From: Myxococcota bacterium
Lineage (GTDB): Bacteria; Myxococcota_A; UBA796; CAJQPC01
Assembly: GCA_036229005.1 (NCBI GenBank)
Contig: JAZAMN010000011.1
Location: 64,001-128,000 of the forward strand
Direction of reading: 5' to 3'
Length of the DNA: 64,000 nt
Below, one piece after another: positions 10,209-19,764 of the stretch (position 1 is the first letter of the stretch; every line of letters starts with the position of its first letter). Below the pieces are notes generated by a model that searched no databases, was not told the DNA's origin, and saw only the letters and a list, made by a program, of their open reading frames with translations. A program made the position numbers and the translations under genes.

Positions 10209-10544
10209 ATGACCACGCTGATCTGCACCAAGACCTGTAGCACCTGCCGCAAGGCCGTCGCCCTGCTCAACGAGAAGGGCGTCGCGTTCCAGTACCGGGA
10301 GTACACCAAGGAGCCCCTCAGCGTGGCTGAGCTGGAGGCGCTCTTTGAGCAGCTCGGGGTGGAGCCCAAGGCGCTGCTGCGCAGCCGCGATGCCAAGAAG
10401 TACGAGGTGTCCGCCGACCTGCCCGCAGACGCGCTGATCGCCAAGATGGCGGAGCTCCCCCGCCTGCTCCAGCGCCCGATCCTCCAGCACGAGGGCAAGG
10501 TGGCCGTGGGCCGCCCGGTGGAGAACATGCTCACCATCCTGTGA
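10209..10544 (+). CDS. ArsC/Spx/MgsR family reductase
   Basis: CSTCRKA motif and PRLLQRPI motif. GGAGG RBS before ATG 10209. Confidence 0.9.
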   Translation: MTTLICTKTCSTCRKAVALLNEKGVAFQYREYTKEPLSVAELEALFEQLGVEPKALLRSRDAKKYEVSADLPADALIAKMAELPRLLQRPILQHEGKVAVGRPVENMLTIL

Positions 10545-10554
10545 GCTGAAGAAG

Positions 10555-10584
10555 GAAACCCCGCCGGGTGCCCGGCGGGGTTTC
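10555..10584. terminator. Bidirectional hairpin between arsC-like gene and tRNA-Met
   Basis: gaaaccccgccggg-tg-cccggcggggtttc perfect inverted repeat. Confidence 0.8.
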
Positions 10585-10587
10585 GGA

Positions 10588-10664
10588 TGGTGGCTCTGAC
10601 TGGACTTGAACCAGTGACACTACGGGTATGAACCGTATGCTCTAACCAACTGAGCTACAGAGCC
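10588..10664 (-). tRNA. tRNA-Met(CAT), elongator type
   Basis: GGCTCTGTAGCTCAGTTGGTTAGAGCATACGGTTCATACCCGTAGTGTCACTGGTTCAAGTCCAGTCAGAGCCACCA. Folds as a cloverleaf with encoded CCA, paired 1:72 and no initiator GGG/CCC anticodon stem. Confidence 0.93.
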
Positions 10665-10682
10665 ATGCTCGAATCGCCCCGG

Positions 10683-10710
10683 CTTTTAATCGGTCCGCAT
10701 GGGGTGTCAA
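10683..10710 (-). promoter_or_regulatory. Sigma70-type promoter for tRNA-Met
   Basis: TTGACA-N16-TAAAAG on the minus strand just upstream of the tRNA. Confidence 0.6.
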
Positions 10711-12470
10711 GGCGACTTTCTGCTCGCGGATCCCCCACCGGGGCCCCGAAATCGCCAGATGTGCAGCTTGTCCCCCATGTGCTGGGGATCTGCCCGCTCC
10801 GCCAACCAGCGCTCCAGGGCCTGGATCTGCTCTGGCTCCAGGCGATGCACCACCAGCACCAGCTCGCGGTAGGGCTGCGTCTCCCAGTCCGGCTCGGCAG
10901 GGGCCGCCCTCCAGGCCTGCTCCGCCATCGCGAGGCCACCCACCCGAGCCAGCGCAGCCACCTGGCCGTGGTCACTGGCGGAGGCCCCCAGGCGCAGGTC
11001 GTGGGCGCCCGGGACCGATGCCCTCGCCGTCACCAACAAGGCGCTCCCCTGCCCGCCTCCCTCCATCCAGTACGGAGGGTGGGCCGCTGGCAGCACGAGC
11101 GCCGGACCCGTCAGGGTCTCCAGCCCCTCGCTCCCCACCAGATCCGGTGTCGCTGGGATCGAGAGGGCGGGCCTGGCGAGGGAGAGCTCGCCCAGCGCGA
11201 GCACCGTGAGCCCCACCGCCAGTCCTGGGGTCCAGCGCCCCATGCCGGTCAACAAGCGGGCACCAGCGAGGCCAGCGAGGGCGGTCACCAGCACCAACAT
11301 GCGGCGGGGGTTCCCGAGCACCCCAAGCAGCGGCAGGCTGTCCAGCGCGCGCTGCAGGGGCCCCGCGGCGTCGGGACGCCCCAACTCCAAGGCCATGACC
11401 ATCGCGGGCACGCCGGGCCCCAGCAGGAAGAAGAACAGGCCCATCGCCGACCAGGGGCGGCTCTCCCGCCGCGCGAGGCCGGCCAGGAGCAGCAGGCTGG
11501 CCAGGAAGCCGCCGGGCCACCGGACCAGGATGCGGCGCCACCTGGGGGGACGGCCCGCGGGACGGCGCTTGGAATCGGGAGCCTCCGAAGCGGGGCCACG
11601 GGTTGGGCGGTCCGCACCGAGGTGGCCAGCGCCTGGGGGAGGAGCAGCCTGTCCTCGCTTGGGCTTGGGTGCCGGTCGTCCGCTTGCGAGCACCCGGTTT
11701 TGGGGCGGTGAGACCGTGAAGCCGTCAGAGAACCCAAGCCGGCCCTCCGGCCCCTCCACGGCAGCGAGCAGTCCCAGCGCGAAGCCACCCGCCAGAGCGC
11801 CCATCCCCACGATCTGCAGCCACTGTCTCCACGAGCGCCAGGTCCCCGCGAGGGCCAGCGCGCAGGCCAGCACCAGGAAGACCGCGTAGTAGGGCGAGGA
11901 CAGCGCTGTGGCGAGCACCCAGAAGCCCACCCAGGGCAGGCGGCGGCGCTCCCCATCGAGCACCCGCAGCATCTCCAGGGCGGCCAGGCACGGGAGCCCA
12001 GCGGCGGCCATCTCGACGACCGCGCCCTCCAGGGAGTTGAGGAGGAAGGGGCTGCATTGGAGGAGCACACCGGCGAGCAGCGCGGGCGCGGGGCTGGCTC
12101 CCAGGCGCCGGGCCAGGAGGTGAGGACCGAGGCCCGTGAGGCCCAGGAGCGCGGCGGTGACCAAGGCGAAGGCCCGGGCGTCTCCGACCAGCGGCATCAG
12201 GGCGAGCATGAAGAGGTCAGGAAAGGGCGTCGCCGACCAGAAGGGCCGGCCCTGGGGGAAGCCCAGGAGATCGGCGTGTCCGATGGGGGCCTGCCCGAGC
12301 ACCCAGCGCGCCTGTTGGTGGAGCAGAGCCAGCCGCTGGTCGAGCTCGCTGGCCCCGCCGCCCGGCAGCATGTCCTCGGAAAACCAGGCCCGCAGCAGCA
12401 GCAGGGCCACCACGAAGTGCAGGGCTGGGAGCAGGACTCTGAGGGCGCGTTGCATCGTCTTGACAAGCAT
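10707..12470 (-). CDS. Multi-pass membrane protein, possibly GT-C/YfhO-like glycosyltransferase
   Basis: Many hydrophobic segments plus a soluble C-terminal domain. Family call is tentative and the start is uncertain (12470 or 12455). Confidence 0.6.
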   Translation of the reverse strand: MLVKTMQRALRVLLPALHFVVALLLLRAWFSEDMLPGGGASELDQRLALLHQQARWVLGQAPIGHADLLGFPQGRPFWSATPFPDLFMLALMPLVGDARAFALVTAALLGLTGLGPHLLARRLGASPAPALLAGVLLQCSPFLLNSLEGAVVEMAAAGLPCLAALEMLRVLDGERRRLPWVGFWVLATALSSPYYAVFLVLACALALAGTWRSWRQWLQIVGMGALAGGFALGLLAAVEGPEGRLGFSDGFTVSPPQNRVLASGRPAPKPKRGQAAPPPGAGHLGADRPTRGPASEAPDSKRRPAGRPPRWRRILVRWPGGFLASLLLLAGLARRESRPWSAMGLFFFLLGPGVPAMVMALELGRPDAAGPLQRALDSLPLLGVLGNPRRMLVLVTALAGLAGARLLTGMGRWTPGLAVGLTVLALGELSLARPALSIPATPDLVGSEGLETLTGPALVLPAAHPPYWMEGGGQGSALLVTARASVPGAHDLRLGASASDHGQVAALARVGGLAMAEQAWRAAPAEPDWETQPYRELVLVVHRLEPEQIQALERWLAERADPQHMGDKLHIWRFRGPGGGSASRKSP

Positions 12471-12483
12471 AGCGCCCGCGGCG

Positions 12484-12741
12484 CTACAAGAGCCGCAGAC
12501 CGATACCGAGCCCGAAGCTGCTGGCGAACAGGAAGCCAACGCCGGCCCAGGTCCCGACCTTCATCACCAAGCGCAGGCGGCCGAGCTCTTCGTCGGCGAT
12601 GTGCTCCTGGAACCAGTCATCGCGGATCCCCAGGGTGCGGATGGCGAAGGCGATCACGACGTCCGGGCGGGCCATGGCGATGAACACGCCGGTCGCCAGG
12701 ACCACGTCGGCAAAGAGCAGCAGTGTGAGGGCCAAGCGCAT
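12484..12741 (-). CDS. Small two-TM membrane protein
   Basis: MRLALTLLLFADVVLATGVFIAM...GVGFLFASSFGLGIGLRLL, directly upstream of the previous gene. Confidence 0.65.
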   Translation of the reverse strand: MRLALTLLLFADVVLATGVFIAMARPDVVIAFAIRTLGIRDDWFQEHIADEELGRLRLVMKVGTWAGVGFLFASSFGLGIGLRLL

Positions 12742-12854
12742 TCCAAGGCAGGGTACCCCGACTCGGACCACCACGCCGCGCCCAGGTTCCCGGCCGGGTC
12801 CCTTCCCCGAGCCAAGGCGCCGGAAGTGGTAGACAGAGGGCTGTGGAGGTCCCC

Positions 12855-13961
12855 ATGAAGCGCCGCGATCTGCTGACCCTGGGACTGGCCGCTGGCGCGC
12901 TCACCGCCTGCGAGGGGCCTCAGCCCCGTCAGCGTCCTCAAGGCGAGGTGGGGACGGCGTTCACCGGGCAGCGCGTGGTGTGGCGTCTGGCCAGCTCCTT
13001 CCCTCGGAGCCTGGACACGCTCTATGGCGCCTGCGAGGTGCTGGCGGAGCGTGTGTTCGCCATGTCCGATGGCCTCTTCGAGATCCGCCCCTACCCCGCC
13101 GGCGAGCTGGTCCCCGGCCTGCAGGTCCTGGACGCCGTGGGTGGCGGGACGGTGCAGTGCGGGCAGTCCGCCAGCTACTACTACATCGGCAAGAACCCGG
13201 CGCTGGCCTTTGACGCCTGCGTGCCCTTTGGCATGACGGCCCGCCAGAAGATGGCCTGGCTGCTGGAGGGCGGCGGCCAGGAGCTGATGGCCCCGCTGTT
13301 CGCGGACTTCGGGGTGCGGAGCTTCTCGTCGGGCAACACGGGCGTGCAGATGGGCGGCTGGTTCAAAGAGCCGCTCACCGGGCTGGCCGACCTGTCCGGC
13401 CTCAAGATGCGCATCCCCGGCATGGGCGGCAAGGTGATGGCCAGCCTGGGGGTGAGCGTACAGAACATCGCCGGGGGCGAGATCTTCACCGCCCTGGAGC
13501 GGCGAGCCATCGACGCCACGGAGTGGGTCGGCCCCTACGACGACGAGAAGCTGGGCTTCTACAAGGCCGCCAAGCACTACCAGTACCCGGGCTGGTGGGA
13601 GCCGGGGCCCAACCTCAGCTTCTACGTGGGAGAGGCCGCCTGGAGCAGCCTGCCGGCCGCCTACAAGGAGATCTTCCAGAGCGCCGCGCTGGAGGCGTCG
13701 ATGCGCATGCAGGCCCGCTACGACATGCGCAACCCGCCCGCGCTCAAGCGTCTTCTGGCCGAGGGCGTGCAGATGTCCCCCTTCCCCGACGACGTCATGG
13801 CGGCTGCCCGCGAGGCCTCGATCCAGCTCCTGGAGGACAGCGCCGCGGCCGATCCGGGCTACCGCAAGGTCTACGAGCACTGGAAGGGCGCGCAGACCGA
13901 GCTGTTCCAGTGGTTCGGGGCCAGCGAGCTGGCGTATGCGCGCTTTGCCTTTGGGGGCTGA
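12855..13961 (+). CDS. dctP: TRAP transporter substrate-binding protein (TakP/keto-acid type DctP), Tat lipoprotein-like signal
   Basis: MKRRDLL twin-Arg. WRLASSFPRSLDT, GNTGVQMGGWF, LKMRIPG, DATEWVGPYDD and YPGWWEPG motifs. Confidence 0.92.
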   Translation: MKRRDLLTLGLAAGALTACEGPQPRQRPQGEVGTAFTGQRVVWRLASSFPRSLDTLYGACEVLAERVFAMSDGLFEIRPYPAGELVPGLQVLDAVGGGTVQCGQSASYYYIGKNPALAFDACVPFGMTARQKMAWLLEGGGQELMAPLFADFGVRSFSSGNTGVQMGGWFKEPLTGLADLSGLKMRIPGMGGKVMASLGVSVQNIAGGEIFTALERRAIDATEWVGPYDDEKLGFYKAAKHYQYPGWWEPGPNLSFYVGEAAWSSLPAAYKEIFQSAALEASMRMQARYDMRNPPALKRLLAEGVQMSPFPDDVMAAAREASIQLLEDSAAADPGYRKVYEHWKGAQTELFQWFGASELAYARFAFGG

Positions 13962-13994
13962 GGTCCCGGGCTACACTGGAGTGCAGGAGGCCCC

Positions 13995-14345
13995 ATGCTC
14001 GCACTCATCCTGACCCTGGCCTGCAGCACCCAGACCACGCCCACCGCCCAGGCCGGGAGCCCCTGCATGTATGAGGCCTCCAGCAAGACCTACAAGACCT
14101 GCAACCACGCCTCCATGGGCAAGTGCCACAGCTACGGGTCCACCTGCGAGCCCGAGTGCATGTTCGAGGCCTCCAGCGGTCTGCACAAGCAGTGCGCCCA
14201 CGCGTCGATGGGCCAGTGCCACCACTACACCAGCACCTGCGAGCCCGACTGCATGTACGACCCCAGCGACGGGGTCTACAAGGAGTGCGCGCACAAGAGC
14301 ATGGGCAAGTGCCACCACTACACCGGGACGTGTGAGCCGGCGTAG
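13995..14345 (+). CDS. Small lipoprotein of three 31-aa Cys/His/Met-rich repeats
   Basis: AGGAGG RBS, MLALILTLAC lipobox, 93-bp repeat units starting at 14064, 14157 and 14250. Confidence 0.85.
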   Translation: MLALILTLACSTQTTPTAQAGSPCMYEASSKTYKTCNHASMGKCHSYGSTCEPECMFEASSGLHKQCAHASMGQCHHYTSTCEPDCMYDPSDGVYKECAHKSMGKCHHYTGTCEPA

Positions 14346-14359
14346 GGGTGGCACACCCA

Positions 14360-14923
14360 TTACAGACTACGTCTTGTCTCGTTCTCTTGATGGCGCCCCT
14401 GCACTCGCGCTTCGGCGAGTTCATCCAGTTCGCGGTCCGCGGTCCTCATTAGCGCTCGCTCCTGCGGAGACCTGTTCCCTTCCGCTTCGTCCTGCCTCAG
14501 CTGACGCCGAGCATCACACAGCCACTCCGCCTGGGCCTTGGCATAGGAACGGAGCAGAAGGGCGCCGAAGGCCACCACGGTGGCGACGGAGACAGCAATA
14601 CCCGCGACTCCTGGCAGATTCTCGCCAAGTAAGGCGCAAGCTGGAACCAAGAAAACCGCCCAGAAGATCAGGCGGCTCTGTCTCCGAATGGCGAGGCTGT
14701 ACACCGGGTTCCCAGAGCTGGGTGCGGCCAGCAGTCCAAGGCCCTGAAGCAGGGCCATCACGCCTCCCAAGAGAGCCATTCTGAAGGCACTCTCAAAGTG
14801 GTAGGCCTCAGCCCCCACAGCAGAAACAACCAAGCCACCCCCGAGGAGCATCCAAGCCACGGCCTTCCGCCGTAGTTCCTCGGCGATGCCCACTGATTGG
14901 TCAGTCACAGAAGCCATCGCCAT
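14360..14923 (-). CDS. Hypothetical ~4-TM membrane protein (candidate immunity protein)
   Basis: Four hydrophobic segments then a charged tail. Start overlaps the stop of the upstream gene. Atypical codon usage; exact start uncertain (14923/14917/14851). Confidence 0.55.
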   Translation of the reverse strand: MAMASVTDQSVGIAEELRRKAVAWMLLGGGLVVSAVGAEAYHFESAFRMALLGGVMALLQGLGLLAAPSSGNPVYSLAIRRQSRLIFWAVFLVPACALLGENLPGVAGIAVSVATVVAFGALLLRSYAKAQAEWLCDARRQLRQDEAEGNRSPQERALMRTADRELDELAEARVQGRHQENETRRSL

Positions 14924-16013
14924 TCTCGTCGACGCCCGTCGACAGTGTGTATTCAACGCACCCCGACGAAGATTCCGTCGTCCAGGTGCCTTCAATCGTG
15001 AGGACACCGCCAGACCACGAGCCGGTCTCAGACCACTTCTCTTCCGTGACAGTCCCCCACTTGCTGCACACCTTACACGGAACTTCGTCGTCGTCTCCCC
15101 CGGAGCCCGGGTCTGACGAGCCCCCCCCAGCAGAAACATCGTCGCCAGGGACGATGCAGATCTCGGAAGTGAGTTCCGCCTTTAGCGTATCGCGCCACTT
15201 GTCACAGAACCAAACCCCTGCCGAGATACCCGCGGCTGCTCCTGAGGCGGCTCCGTATATGACTTCGGCCGGAATCGCAGGGGCGTTCGCTCCGACCGTA
15301 GCAACGGTAAGTCCCCCGGCGACGTAGGCACCCACCACGCCACCGCCGATGAAGCCAGACACCCCTCCCCCAATAATCCCCCAACCGAGACACCCATTGT
15401 ACAGGTCGATCGTTGCTTCATTCAGCAGGTCATCACACTCAGCCGGCGGCTTGTCCTCCTCCTGGTAGGCCACGGAGACACACTCACCATCGACGCAAAG
15501 CACATAGCTACCAGCACCAAAGGTCGCCCGCCTATACTCCACCACCCCGAAACTCGCAGAAAGCGCACCATCAACCACTTCAGCGACCGGTCCGTAGACA
15601 AAGGACTCGGAGTAGGCTTCTTCCGTCACCGAGTCGTACGAAATGCTGGAGTCCACCTGCATGGCCATTGGGTAGCCCTTGAAAGTAGACCAACCAGTCA
15701 CCACACCAGCCCCAGGCACCAGGACCCGAGTCGTACTGCTGCCGGCAGCCACGTCCAAGTAGTCCAGGATCAAGAAGTCGTGCGACGAGGATCGGCTCCC
15801 CGCCAGCGTCACTTCATAGCCAGACCAGGCAAACGTGGACGAGAGCCAGGTGAAATCCCTGCACGCGCCATCGAACCAGACCTCCTCTGCGCCACAGTCA
15901 GGAAAGGACTGTGGCACAAATGACCCGAGTTCCGTGGGGTCCGACACCACCCCAGTGGTCAAGGTGGTACCGGCGTTGGCGGACAGAGCTGTCATCAGAG
16001 ACAAGAATAGCAT
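14901..16013 (-). CDS. Secreted Cys-containing protein with central glycine-zipper hydrophobic hairpin (toxin/bacteriocin-like, tentative)
   Basis: Signal MLFLSLMTALSANA, AGGAG RBS. Segment GWGIIGGGVSGFIGGGVVGAYVAGGLTVATVG...GAASGAAAGISAGVWFC. Confidence 0.75.
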   Translation of the reverse strand: MLFLSLMTALSANAGTTLTTGVVSDPTELGSFVPQSFPDCGAEEVWFDGACRDFTWLSSTFAWSGYEVTLAGSRSSSHDFLILDYLDVAAGSSTTRVLVPGAGVVTGWSTFKGYPMAMQVDSSISYDSVTEEAYSESFVYGPVAEVVDGALSASFGVVEYRRATFGAGSYVLCVDGECVSVAYQEEDKPPAECDDLLNEATIDLYNGCLGWGIIGGGVSGFIGGGVVGAYVAGGLTVATVGANAPAIPAEVIYGAASGAAAGISAGVWFCDKWRDTLKAELTSEICIVPGDDVSAGGGSSDPGSGGDDDEVPCKVCSKWGTVTEEKWSETGSWSGGVLTIEGTWTTESSSGCVEYTLSTGVDENGDGFCD

Positions 16014-16142
16014 CACAGACTCCTGTGTTACTCAGGAGTTCCCCCCCCCGAGCATCTTGATTGTTTTGTGTACCAGTTTACTGGCGACGCGAGCCTCGCT
16101 CGCCGAACTGCTATAGACCGCTCTCTGAGCGTGCGCAACCCC

Positions 16143-18086
<1,944 letters not shown>

Positions 18087-18156
18087 GGGCGCATTGTGCC
18101 AGAGCGGGTGTGCTCGGGCGGCGCCAGAGCCGCGCGTTCCCTGGTACGGTCCTTTC

Positions 18157-18996
18157 ATGCTCGCCTTGGTTCCCCTGCTCCTGTCCTGCGCTGGCCCCGG
18201 CGACGAGCTCGCCGCCATCCGGGTCGTCTCCGCGGATCTCGACGGGATCGTCCTCAAGTCCGCGGCCGTCGTGGGGGGCGGTGTCGGCGGCCGGGCGACC
18301 CTGAACGTGTGGGACGCCCAGGGGCGGGTCCACAGCTTTCCGGTCCTCATCAAAGGCAGCACCGTCGGCGCCGTGGTCGAGGTCGATCGCGCCATGGACC
18401 TGGGCCGCTACTCCGCCATGCGCCTGCCCGATGAACCCCTGACCGGCGATCAGCTCCTGGGCCGCTACAGGGGCCCCTCCGTCGGGGTGGTGGTCGGCGC
18501 CGGGGTCACCACCTGGGACCTGGAGAACCGGCACGGCGTGGAGCTGGACAAGGAGTTCCTGACCCTGGGCGTCGCTGTCTTCGCGGGCGTGGAGTGGGTG
18601 CACTTGAGCCTCGGGGGGCCCGGGGGGCAGGTAGAGGACCTGGGCAGCTCGGAGTTCCCTCCATACGACTCCGGGCTCGACACCGCCGACACCGCCGACA
18701 CAGCCCCTGACTCAGGCGAGGACACCGGTCCCCTGACCTGGGACAGCAGCGTGCCGCCCCCTCCCCCGGGAGCGCCGATAGGCTGTGCGGTCCGCTCCGA
18801 TCAACAGCCGCAGACAAGCGACGACCCTGAGCCCGGCGACACGGGCTTCAGCGACGCCGGGGGCTCGAGCACAGACTGCGGCGGGGGCTGTCAGTCCGAC
18901 AGCGACGGCGCCTGCGACTCAAGCTGTGATGGCAGCAGCGCCTGGCTGATGGGCCTGCTGGTGATGGTCGGGTGGCGCCGCCGCCGCGCGGCCTGA
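18157..18996 (+). CDS. Hypothetical lipoprotein with beta-rich domain (EipA/DUF1134-like, tentative) and MYXO-CTERM-like tail
   Basis: MLALVPLLLSC lipobox. C-terminus CDGSSAWLMGLLVMVGWRRRRAA. Confidence 0.7.
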   Translation: MLALVPLLLSCAGPGDELAAIRVVSADLDGIVLKSAAVVGGGVGGRATLNVWDAQGRVHSFPVLIKGSTVGAVVEVDRAMDLGRYSAMRLPDEPLTGDQLLGRYRGPSVGVVVGAGVTTWDLENRHGVELDKEFLTLGVAVFAGVEWVHLSLGGPGGQVEDLGSSEFPPYDSGLDTADTADTAPDSGEDTGPLTWDSSVPPPPPGAPIGCAVRSDQQPQTSDDPEPGDTGFSDAGGSSTDCGGGCQSDSDGACDSSCDGSSAWLMGLLVMVGWRRRRAA

Positions 18997-19008
18997 AGAG
19001 AGGACGGG

Positions 19009-19755
19009 CTACTCCATCTCCTGCCGCACCAGGTCCAGGTTCTCCTGGATCGCCTCGGTGTAGCTGGACTCCGGGTAGAAGGTCACCAGCCCCACCAGCA
19101 GGGTCTCGACCTCGGCGAGCTGCTTGTCGCGGGCGTCCCCGGCGGGCAGCGCCCGGGCCTGCTTGAACATGTGACCGGCGCGCTCGCGCTCGCTGCGCAC
19201 GAAGCCGTCCACCGCCTCCTGCCACAACCCCTTGGTCACCGAGTCCCAGAGGGGTCCGTCCTGGTAGGGCTCCAGGGTGCTCATGGCGCCCGCATAGTCC
19301 CCAGCGGCCAGCTGCTCGCGGGCCTGGGCCTGAGCATCCCCAAGGGCCAGCGAGGGCTCCTGGCCCAGCGTGTCCTCGACGATGAGGTCCTCTTCGACGA
19401 TGTCCTGGGCGCCCCCAAGAGCTGACGGTAGGGACAGACCTTCGTCCAGCACCAGCTCCTCCCTCTGCTCGATCTCCAGCAGGGTCTGCAGGTAGCGCTC
19501 GGCGGCCAGATCCGGGTCCTGCCCGTCCCGCAGGGCCAAGGTGTAGCTGTGGGCGGCCTGGAGGCGGTCGACGCGGTCCTGGTCCTGCACGCCCCCCTCG
19601 TCCAACAGCGCGGCGAACTCGGCCTCGTAGGCGGCGTAGTCCACCTGGGTGCGGGCGGGCGCCTGCTGGGCGGCTTTCGCCTGCTCCGGCGTCACGGCGG
19701 GCTTGGGGGGGGCGCCATAGGGCTTGACCACGCAGGCCATCAGTAGAATCAACAT
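19009..19755 (-). CDS. Helical/TPR-like lipoprotein downstream of PBP1A
   Basis: GGAGG RBS, MLILLMAC, and YPESSY TPR-like C-terminal motif. Confidence 0.75.
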   Translation of the reverse strand: MLILLMACVVKPYGAPPKPAVTPEQAKAAQQAPARTQVDYAAYEAEFAALLDEGGVQDQDRVDRLQAAHSYTLALRDGQDPDLAAERYLQTLLEIEQREELVLDEGLSLPSALGGAQDIVEEDLIVEDTLGQEPSLALGDAQAQAREQLAAGDYAGAMSTLEPYQDGPLWDSVTKGLWQEAVDGFVRSERERAGHMFKQARALPAGDARDKQLAEVETLLVGLVTFYPESSYTEAIQENLDLVRQEME

Positions 19756-19764
19756 GAGGGCCTC

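Noticed and set aside
10588..10664. tRNA-CAT as initiator Met or Ile2
   Set aside because: The 1:72 pair is intact and the anticodon stem has no three G-C pairs, so it is not initiator. U4:A69 and the anticodon arm fit elongator Met better than Ile2, though Ile2 is not formally excluded.
13995..14345. Canonical c-type cytochrome call for the Cys/His repeat protein
   Set aside because: No CxxCH motif, only CX7CH, so it is kept as a hypothesis under findings.
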